A stretch of DNA of 64,000 nucleotides from Adineta vaga. Its lineage: Eukaryota > Animalia > Rotifera. Below the pieces are notes generated by a model. It was not told the origin of the DNA, searched no databases, and saw nothing but the letters and a program-made list of their open reading frames with translations. A program made the position numbers and the translations under genes. Positions 13,301-21,306 of this stretch are shown here, one piece after another (within the stretch, counting starts at the first letter, position 1; each line of letters begins with the position of its first letter). The stretch covers positions 620,001-684,000 of the forward strand of contig CP075493.1 in NCBI GenBank assembly GCA_021613535.1, written 5' to 3'.

Positions 13301-13675
13301 AATGGTGATGACAAACTGGATTTGGCAGTGGTAAACTTCTACGAGAACACCGTCAGTGTGCTACTTGGCATTGGAGATGGAAGTTTTTTGGCACCAGGAA
13401 ACTATAGGGTTGGTAGTCGACCAACCTTTGTGATATCAGCTGATTTTAACAATGATAACATACAAGATCTGTTAGTAGCCAATTATAACGACAGAACCAT
13501 CAGTTTATTGCTTGGTAATGGGAATGGAACTTTTCAAAATTCAATCAAATATGGGACTGGAAAGGGACCATCCTTTATAATATCAGGCGACATCAACAAC
13601 GATACTAAATTGGATGTGATTGTGTTGAACAAAGATTCTGCAGACTTGTCTGTTTTTCTAAACGTCTGCAAGTAA
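10315..13675 (+). CDS. Type II membrane protein: R-S-E ADP-ribosyltransferase domain, TM helix, 14 FG-GAP repeats; exons 10315..11260, 11320..11344, 11408..11544, 11601..13675 (about 1060 aa)
   Basis: ART motifs AAIRLYT, VWRGV, FSSCT, TEEEILLLPG. Three short GT-AG introns (phases 1, 2, 1) join in frame through GAHIYQEIK-RQWYRMKR and the TM segment IIPLLLLIAIAIGAIILGSILG. These lead into 14 repeats of about 49 aa with consensus SADFNNDxKxDLAVxN...SVLLGNGDGTF. Confidence 0.85.
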
Positions 13676-14375
13676 TTATAATGATCTATGACTTCCAATT
13701 TATTGACGAAGTAATAATAGACTATAAGGAAATATCACTTTTCCGCTAGTTTTGTCCACATTTTGATGTGATAGAAAACTTCAGTATCTAAATTTGTATT
13801 TACGAACCAACTCATTTTTTTTGTCTCTTTTTCTATTAATTTCTCTTGAATGTGAATTTACATAATTAAAGTTAATTTTAAAATTAAATAAACTTCCAAT
13901 GTTAACTCTGAAATTTAATTTGATAACAGCATATCACAAATTTTCAATATTCGATATGACTTTCAGGTTGATATCATTTTGGCATAGACTAATTTCCCCG
14001 ATGGCGTTACGTGATCGATAAACAGATTAAATTGAAGGTAGCGTGGCTAAAAAAATATTGTACATAGTTATATTAGAGACAAAAATGGCCTCTTTAGTAA
14101 TACAACAGCAAACGCTACGTTGTCAAACAAATTTTGAGTTTCGTAAGATTTGTAATAATCTTTAACAAAAAAAATTAGACAATTGTTTCGATTAGAAGAG
14201 TATAGGATCATTTGATAGAATTTAATAATTAACATCGAGAGAAAATTAGTTGATGGACGTTATATATATACAGTGGTGTGAAAAATTATAGAATCACTTC
14301 ACTGTGTATCGTTTTTTTAAATTAAGACGGTTTCGATTTCGATTGTAAACTATATACAGTATAAACTCTAATAAT

Positions 14376-14604
14376 TGTTAGCGATCATGATATGCTCGCT
14401 TCTCTTCTCTTTTGTTCTGTCTTTTTACAAAGAATGTTATGGTAGATAACATTCTTTCGGGAGTCTGTTTTGTTCTTCTTAATGTTCGATGTGAGAAGAT
14501 GGATTCATTCTTATCTGCCCTTTTTTTCGAATAAACATCGGTGAATCCAAGAGTCTCTCATATTTCTCATCCACGGGATATCATCTTCTTACTGAGAGCT
14601 CACA
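14376..14604 (+). repeat. 5' LTR
   Basis: TGTTAGCGATCATG...GAGAGCTCACA; contains AATAAA. One visible mismatch to the 3' LTR (TTCTGTCTTT vs TTCTGCCTTT). Confidence 0.95.
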
Positions 14605-14607
14605 TTT

Positions 14608-14625
14608 TGGTGCCGTGACCCGGGA
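14608..14625 (+). promoter_or_regulatory. Primer binding site, tRNA-His-like
   Basis: TGGTGCCGTGACCCGGGA lies 3 nt after the LTR and is complementary to the 3' end of eukaryotic tRNA-His(GUG) (...GTCACGGCACCA). Confidence 0.8.
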
Positions 14626-14676
14626 GAATTGTTTTGATTACAATCAACTCAATTCAGTTAAATTTATAATCGTTCC

Positions 14677-16356
14677 ATGTATTCTCACGACGAAAACGAC
14701 GAGAATCCACCTAAACAACTCCTTGAACCACTAACTCGTTTTCAACCTCCACCATCTCTTTCTTCTTCTACATTTATGGCAACAACAACACCTACATCAG
14801 TAAAAAAACCTTATCAAATTACATTTTCTTCACGTGATGAGGAAATAGCATATACACGTAAACTTTTGGATTATTGTTCAACTTTTAATGGTGATCCTGA
14901 ACGACTTACTACATGGTTGAAAGAAACGAGCGCTTTTCTTCTTCAAGAAGGTTATCCTGAAACAGATCATCCATATATCATGCGTCATCTTTTGATTGAT
15001 GATGCTCTTGATTATTATCTAGCTCATGAAGATATAATTTTTAATTTTTATGATCTTCGAAAATTATTTTTGCATAAACACCAACTTCTAATTCCTTTAC
15101 GTACCATTTCCACTCTTGAATCGATTGGATCTTTACCATTGAACGATATACCGTCAATGCTAACTTCAACTCAACTTCCACCTAAACTTACAGATTCTGT
15201 ACCTACTACTCAAACAACATTTTCGTTTAATCAATCAATGGATGAATTAACACAAAATGATATTCGAAAAACTATTATTGAGGATTTACAACGGAATGCT
15301 CCAAAATTTACTGGAGATAATCGACAAGATGTCATTAAATGGCTTAAAAATATCGATAATAAATTTGAAACAGCTGGTATCCCAGATATTAAAAAATTCG
15401 ATTTTATTTCACAACTTCTTGATAAAGGTGCTCTGGATTGGTTCTATGAACACAAATATAAATTTAATCATTCTTGGTCGACTTTTGTCGAACAATTCAA
15501 GTCCACATTTGATTCTCCAAATCGTGCCCGTATCGCCATGCAAAAACTTCAATCGTATACTCAATCTCCACAACAAGATGTTCGTAGTTTTTGCAGTGAA
15601 ATGCGGAAGCTTTGTCTCGAAGCGGATCCAGAAATGAGTTACACAATGAAATTGGAATTATTACTAGCAAAAGTTCATCCAAGTTATCGTTTGGATTTAT
15701 TGAAACAGAAACCCAAGGATCCTGATGAATTTGAAATAATGGCCAAAGATTTAGAGAATACATATCTCGTTTTAGCAGCAATTGAACAAAATGTTCCATC
15801 CAATGATTCATTTCCACCTGCACAAAATAATTCACCATTTAATACATATTCAAATCCATCTTTTCAACGATACCAACGTCCATTTTCTAATCCTTCTCAA
15901 CAATATGGTTATCGTTCTTATAACCCTTCTCAAGCTTCTTCATTTACACCTGCTGCTCGTCCATCTGCTCCATCATCGTCATCATCATTTCGTCGACCTT
16001 ATCAACCTCGATCTGGTCGTGGATTCAATAATCCTCGTTTCAGTAATCCTCGTTTCAATAATTCGCGTCAAAATCTTTTTGCTTTTCAACCATCAATGTC
16101 GTCGGCTACAAATCTTCAATCATCACCATCTTCAGACAATCTCACTCCGCTTATGTCTGTCTCTGCTACAAGTGTTCCATCAACATCATCACCATTATCT
16201 ACTACGCCTTCATCATCTGCTCCATCATCATCATCTATTACATCTCCGTCATCTATTACATCTCCGTCATCTGCTACATCTCCATCATCTTCATCTATAA
16301 TTCGTTGTCAACTATGTTCTAATGATGGTCATTCTGCTCGCGCATGTCCTTTCTAA
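14677..16356 (+). CDS. gag: Gag polyprotein
   Basis: Capsid-like motifs PKFTGD...WLK, ALDWF and QSPQQDVRSF; Ser/Pro-rich linker; terminal CCHC knuckle CQLCSNDGHSARAC. Confidence 0.92.
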   Translation: MYSHDENDENPPKQLLEPLTRFQPPPSLSSSTFMATTTPTSVKKPYQITFSSRDEEIAYTRKLLDYCSTFNGDPERLTTWLKETSAFLLQEGYPETDHPYIMRHLLIDDALDYYLAHEDIIFNFYDLRKLFLHKHQLLIPLRTISTLESIGSLPLNDIPSMLTSTQLPPKLTDSVPTTQTTFSFNQSMDELTQNDIRKTIIEDLQRNAPKFTGDNRQDVIKWLKNIDNKFETAGIPDIKKFDFISQLLDKGALDWFYEHKYKFNHSWSTFVEQFKSTFDSPNRARIAMQKLQSYTQSPQQDVRSFCSEMRKLCLEADPEMSYTMKLELLLAKVHPSYRLDLLKQKPKDPDEFEIMAKDLENTYLVLAAIEQNVPSNDSFPPAQNNSPFNTYSNPSFQRYQRPFSNPSQQYGYRSYNPSQASSFTPAARPSAPSSSSSFRRPYQPRSGRGFNNPRFSNPRFNNSRQNLFAFQPSMSSATNLQSSPSSDNLTPLMSVSATSVPSTSSPLSTTPSSSAPSSSSITSPSSITSPSSATSPSSSSIIRCQLCSNDGHSARACPF

Positions 16357-19300
16357 AATTGGAGTCAGTGTCGGATGGTCCTGTCTCCTCCATTCCCGAT
16401 TCTAATCCATCCAAACCATTTCTTCTTTATGCTACTTTAATTGTTAATGATTCCCCATTATATACTCTTGTTGATACTGGTGCATCTTCCACTTGCATTA
16501 GTTTATCTACTGTTCAACGATTATCAAATGTTCATTATGCTGATCGCCATTCTCGTTCTTTTATCTTAGCCGATGGAGTTATTCCTCTTAACAGTACTGG
16601 TTTAGTTGAACTTTCTATGAATTTTCCTTCGCAATCTATACAATTTTATGCATTAACTGTTGAGAAACTTTGTGTTGATCTTATTCTGGGTATGGATTTT
16701 ATGATTGCTTTTCATGCTCTTATTGATATACCTTCTCAACATTTCTCTCTTAAAATCGCTAACCAACGTGTTATTATTCCAGTTGATGATCCGTTACGTC
16801 GTTCACTGGTTCGCATTCATGCTAGTCACTTTACTGTTATTCCTCCTCAATCCAGTGTCAATGTTATGATTTGGTCTCCTGTTTCTTATTCATCAGCTTA
16901 TTTCATTCCAGTTTCTACTTTTCTTGAACATCCATCTTTATCATCTTCGCAAACAACTATTCAAATTCAACATCATTCTTCATTTCTTCGTGTTTCTAAT
17001 CAATCTTCTGTTCCACAACAGTTACCACGCCATTTTTGTTTTGGATATTTACTTGGCACTCAAGTTCGTCAGAAGAATTATTTTGACCAACTTGCTACAC
17101 TTTGTCGTGGTCAAAATGAAAAGAAAAATTGCCAATTGTTAATTGATGCTACATTACCTCAGACTCTTGCTGTATCAACAATCTCGTCTTCACCTGTTAG
17201 CCGTATTGATCCTGTTTCACTACCATCTCATTTACAACCGATTATGGATTCTTTAGTCAAACATCTGAGTGATCAACAGCATCACCATCAACTTTTTTCT
17301 CTTCTTATACAATATTCACAACTCTTTGATAATTCTCGTCATAATATCTCTGATATCGTCATTCACAATGTGTTCAATACTGTACCACATGTACCACCTG
17401 CTTTTCGTCCTCATCGTAATCCGCATACTCGTGAAGAAACTCAACGTCTTATTGATGAGTTTCTTGATGCTGGTCTTATTCAAGAATCTAACTCACCATA
17501 TGCTGCACCAGCTTTTATTGTTTCTCGCAAGGACAATCGTCCTGGCCGTCTTGTTGTCGACTATCGTGCTTTAAACAAACTTACCATTCCTGATGCTAGT
17601 CCACTTCCCCATGGGGAAGATTTGTTACAAGAATTAGGTAAGGGTTATCATTACTTTAGCAAACTGGATCTGAAGTCCGGCTATCATCAATTTCGATTAC
17701 CACCTGCTGATCGAGCTAAAACAGCATTTGTTGTTTCTCAAGGTCATTATGAATATTTGGTTCTTTCGATGGGTCCTCAAAATGGACCAGCTGCTTTTCA
17801 GAAAACAATGAGTCAAGTTCTAAAACCATGTCGTGAATTTTGTCAAGTTTATCTTGACGATATTATTCTTTTCTCTCGGACGTTCGACGATCATTTACGT
17901 CATTTACAGATGGCTCTTGATACACTTGCGCAAGCCAAACTGGTACTTAATGCTACTAAATGTGAATTAGCTGTCGAAAAAGTGGTTGTTCTTGGTCATA
18001 CTGTATCTGCCACTTGCATTACGCCTACGAATGATGCTATACATGATATTTTAGACTTAACAGAACCTCGTACCTTAAAACAAGCTAATAAATTTATTGG
18101 TGGTCTTGCTTATTATCGCAAATTCGTTCCACAATTTGCTGAACTTGCTGCACCAATTCATAAAGTAACTAATTTAACCAAACCTCGTCGTCACCTTTTC
18201 AAATGGACTACTGAACAATCTACTGCTTTTCATACTCTTAAAAAGTTATTAACAACTGCGCCTCTTTTCCTTCGATTTCCTGTTGATGGTTATCCTCTTC
18301 ATCTAGCTACTGATGCCAGTGGTCTAGCAACTGGTGGTGTTTTGTATCAAGATATTCATGGTCAACGCCATAATCTTTTTTATCATTCGAAGCTTCTCTC
18401 TCCGGCTGAACAAAAATATTCGGTTCCTGAAAAGGAAGCCTTGGCTATTTTACATTGTCTTCAACGAATGCGAACTCTTATTCTTGGTCGAACTGTTTAT
18501 ATTCATACTGATCATTGTCCACTTTGTGGGATGCTACAAAAACCCGTTAATAATCGTCGAATTGAACGTGTGGCTAATTTAATTCAAGAATATCAAATTG
18601 CCGAAATGAAACATATTGATGGTAAAGACAACTGTCTTGCTGATTACCTTTCTCGTTCTTTAGATGATCCTCTATTTGATATTCCATATGGTCTTGAGAG
18701 TAAACGTAACATGGAGGATATTTCAACTTCTCCTTCATTTCAACACGTGGATCAAATTTCGGCTATGACTTTACGTCCTCGTTCAAAACCAATTCAATTA
18801 TCTCCATCTGTTGTCCCTGATCTGGACTTAATTGATTCGGATGCTTCTTCGCTTAGTTCATCCGAATCATCTACTTCATCTTCATTGCCTTTTACTACTA
18901 CTCCTTCACCAAATTCATTTGAGGTTTCTATCTTAACACATGAACAACATAATGATCCAGAAATTCAACCTCTTTTTCAACAACTTACTGATCGTACTGC
19001 TTCACCCTCTTTAACTTCTTCTTTTATTCTTAAAGATAATCTTGTTCATAAACTTATTTCTCGTACATCTACATCTACTCGTAAAACCGCTGTCCCGTAT
19101 TTACCATCTTCGATGGTCAAATCTCTTCTTATTGCAACACATGATGATCCATATCAAGGTGGTCATTTTTCTGTTGATAAAATGTTTGCTAAGCTTCGTT
19201 TTCGTTATTGGTGGCCTCGTATGCGTTATAACATTCAGCACCATGTACGTGCTTGTATTCCTTGTCAACAATTCAATTTCGCTCGACAGAAATCACCGGG

Positions 19301-20177
19301 ACATCTTCATCCTGTACCACCTACTGCTGTTCCATTTGCTATTATCGGTATGGATTATTGTGGTCCTTTCGTTACTTCTTCTAATGACAATAAATATGTT
19401 CTTGTTATCACTGATTTATTCACACGCTTTGTTACAGCTGTTGCTTTACCGGCTAATACAGCTGCTCTTACAGCTTTAACTCTTTTTCGTCATATTTTCT
19501 GCAAATACGGTATTTGTTCTACTCTCATTACTGATCAAGGTACCCATTTTAATAATCAACTCATGAATGCAGTTCAACATCTGCTTGGGTATAATCATAT
19601 CTTTAGTACACCATATCATCCACAGTCGAATGGTATTGTCGAGAGGTTTAATGCGTCTATGGTCGTCCAAGTTTCAAAACTCCAACAACAACATCATAAT
19701 AACTGGGACGAGTATCTCGACGCTATCGTATTTGCTTATAATATTTCTCAACACAAAACCACTCAATTTTCTCCATTTGAATTGTTATTTGGTCGTGCTC
19801 CACAACTTCCGATTGATTCTGCACCTCGCACCTTTTCTTTTGTTCGTCATAATGATCATTTCATTCATCTTCAACAGATACTTCACACGTTTCATCAACA
19901 AGCTAATTCTAATATTCTAGATCAACAATCTGCCACAAAACTTCGCTATGATCGTAACCGTCGGGATCCTCATTATCAATTGGGTGATCGTGTCTTTACA
20001 AAAATTTTTACTGGTCGAACTAAGCTCGATCCTCGTTATTCAGCTGATCCTCAAATCGTTGTTCGAGTTAATCATCCAACATACATCGTTCGTCATCTTT
20101 CAACTGGTGTTGAACGTTCGTATCATGTATCTGATTTACGTCCTGTGATTTTAGATCCTGACGAGCTACCTTCTTAA
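16344..20177 (+). CDS. pol: Pol polyprotein PR-RT-RNaseH-IN (-1 frame relative to gag)
   Basis: Protease LVDTGAS; RT LDLKSGYHQ and YLDD; RNase H LATDAS and EKEALA; integrase HHCC zinc finger, MDYCGP, TDQG and GIVERFN. Gypsy domain order. Confidence 0.96.
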   Translation: MSFLKLESVSDGPVSSIPDSNPSKPFLLYATLIVNDSPLYTLVDTGASSTCISLSTVQRLSNVHYADRHSRSFILADGVIPLNSTGLVELSMNFPSQSIQFYALTVEKLCVDLILGMDFMIAFHALIDIPSQHFSLKIANQRVIIPVDDPLRRSLVRIHASHFTVIPPQSSVNVMIWSPVSYSSAYFIPVSTFLEHPSLSSSQTTIQIQHHSSFLRVSNQSSVPQQLPRHFCFGYLLGTQVRQKNYFDQLATLCRGQNEKKNCQLLIDATLPQTLAVSTISSSPVSRIDPVSLPSHLQPIMDSLVKHLSDQQHHHQLFSLLIQYSQLFDNSRHNISDIVIHNVFNTVPHVPPAFRPHRNPHTREETQRLIDEFLDAGLIQESNSPYAAPAFIVSRKDNRPGRLVVDYRALNKLTIPDASPLPHGEDLLQELGKGYHYFSKLDLKSGYHQFRLPPADRAKTAFVVSQGHYEYLVLSMGPQNGPAAFQKTMSQVLKPCREFCQVYLDDIILFSRTFDDHLRHLQMALDTLAQAKLVLNATKCELAVEKVVVLGHTVSATCITPTNDAIHDILDLTEPRTLKQANKFIGGLAYYRKFVPQFAELAAPIHKVTNLTKPRRHLFKWTTEQSTAFHTLKKLLTTAPLFLRFPVDGYPLHLATDASGLATGGVLYQDIHGQRHNLFYHSKLLSPAEQKYSVPEKEALAILHCLQRMRTLILGRTVYIHTDHCPLCGMLQKPVNNRRIERVANLIQEYQIAEMKHIDGKDNCLADYLSRSLDDPLFDIPYGLESKRNMEDISTSPSFQHVDQISAMTLRPRSKPIQLSPSVVPDLDLIDSDASSLSSSESSTSSSLPFTTTPSPNSFEVSILTHEQHNDPEIQPLFQQLTDRTASPSLTSSFILKDNLVHKLISRTSTSTRKTAVPYLPSSMVKSLLIATHDDPYQGGHFSVDKMFAKLRFRYWWPRMRYNIQHHVRACIPCQQFNFARQKSPGHLHPVPPTAVPFAIIGMDYCGPFVTSSNDNKYVLVITDLFTRFVTAVALPANTAALTALTLFRHIFCKYGICSTLITDQGTHFNNQLMNAVQHLLGYNHIFSTPYHPQSNGIVERFNASMVVQVSKLQQQHHNNWDEYLDAIVFAYNISQHKTTQFSPFELLFGRAPQLPIDSAPRTFSFVRHNDHFIHLQQILHTFHQQANSNILDQQSATKLRYDRNRRDPHYQLGDRVFTKIFTGRTKLDPRYSADPQIVVRVNHPTYIVRHLSTGVERSYHVSDLRPVILDPDELPS

Positions 20178-20357
20178 ATTTCATTTTCGATATTCAATTC
20201 TTTTATCTCTAACATTTTTTTTCTTTCTGCCACTATTTCTATACATATTTTTCATTTTCATTTTCAACATTCTCTTCTCTGCCCTATGGTGTTTCGTTCG
20301 TGCTGGTGTTCGTCGTATCTTAACTTCGTTTCTCGTTATTCATCTTGGCTCTGTATT

Positions 20358-20999
20358 ATGAAGTTTAGTATTTCTTTGGTGGTATTTATCATTCTTATGT
20401 TAGTTTTTATCCCTTCGTTGTCTTTTGCCACACTACGTTCATGGTTTTGTGGCACTTGTCAAGTTTGTCAAGCATGTCCATCGTGCACTCCTCAAGTTAA
20501 TGTGTCTCCTACTTGCGAATGCCATGAGAATCTTAATAATTGCAATTGTCGTTGTCTCACTCAACAAAACTTGCATGACTCTCATTCTCAATGGTATTCA
20601 AATATTGGAGCTACTTACAACAACACAATTGTTGCTCAAATGAATAATCATTTTCAAAAACGTCAATTATTGTTGTGGTTAATTATTCTTTCTCTTTTTA
20701 ATTTATTTCTTTTATTTCTTCTCGGTGCTTTGGTCTTCTTTGCTCCAAATCTTCTTGGTCGATGGACTCGTTGGAAGTCAAACTCTCGTGTACAACGTCG
20801 CAAACGTCTCATGCAACAATTGAATTTGGTCGAACCCTCTGTATCTCATATTGAATTATGTTCATCGGATCCCCTTTCGGCTATTTCTACTCATTTAACC
20901 AATCAAAATCAAGTAATGGTCAATCTCGTTAAAGAAATACAATCTCTTCATATTCCATCTACATCTTCTACTGCTACTACCGTTTCACGTATTACTTGA
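20358..20999 (+). CDS. Retroelement ORF3: small Cys-rich type I membrane protein in the env position (about 213 aa)
   Basis: Signal peptide MKFSISLVVFIILMLVFIPSLSFA; ectodomain with CGTCQVCQACPSC...CEC...CNCRC and N-glycosylation sequons; TM LLLWLIILSLFNLFLLFLLGALVFF; polybasic RWTRWKSNSRVQRRKR. Lies between pol and the PPT. Confidence 0.8.
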   Translation: MKFSISLVVFIILMLVFIPSLSFATLRSWFCGTCQVCQACPSCTPQVNVSPTCECHENLNNCNCRCLTQQNLHDSHSQWYSNIGATYNNTIVAQMNNHFQKRQLLLWLIILSLFNLFLLFLLGALVFFAPNLLGRWTRWKSNSRVQRRKRLMQQLNLVEPSVSHIELCSSDPLSAISTHLTNQNQVMVNLVKEIQSLHIPSTSSTATTVSRIT

Positions 21000-21066
21000 A
21001 CATTCAATTTTGTTCTCATCGTACTTTTTCCGTTTTTCTTGCTCTCTTTTTTTCATTTGCGATTGC

Positions 21067-21077
21067 AAGGGGGGAGG
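21067..21077 (+). promoter_or_regulatory. Polypurine tract
   Basis: AAGGGGGGAGG immediately precedes the 3' LTR. Confidence 0.9.
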
Positions 21078-21306
21078 TGTTAGCGATCATGATATGCTCG
21101 CTTCTCTTCTCTTTTGTTCTGCCTTTTTACAAAGAATGTTATGGTAGATAACATTCTTTCGGGAGTCTGTTTTGTTCTTCTTAATGTTCGATGTGAGAAG
21201 ATGGATTCATTCTTATCTGCCCTTTTTTTCGAATAAACATCGGTGAATCCAAGAGTCTCTCATATTTCTCATCCACGGGATATCATCTTCTTACTGAGAG
21301 CTCACA
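21078..21306 (+). repeat. 3' LTR
   Basis: Near-identical to 14376-14604. Confidence 0.95.

Larger units (their letters stand above)
14376..21306 (+). mobile_element. Full-length Ty3/gypsy (Metaviridae) LTR retrotransposon with three ORFs
   Basis: 229-bp TG...CA LTRs at 14376-14604 and 21078-21306. 5-bp TSD ATAAT at 14371-14375 and 21307-21311. PBS, PPT, intact gag, pol and ORF3 are all present. Confidence 0.97.

Noticed and set aside
11640-13670. Regularly spaced 147-bp repeats resembling a CRISPR or cassette array
   Set aside because: They are in-frame coding FG-GAP repeats with homologous rather than unique spacers; no cas genes; eukaryotic context.
15257-20148. Many alternative-frame Leu/Ile/His-rich ORFs inside gag and pol
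   Set aside because: Shadow ORFs caused by the element's T/C-rich codon bias; no motifs.
20448-20490. CxxCxxCxxCP in ORF3 as a 4Fe-4S ferredoxin motif
   Set aside because: Spacing differs from CxxCxxCxxxCP and it follows a signal peptide, so disulfides are more likely.
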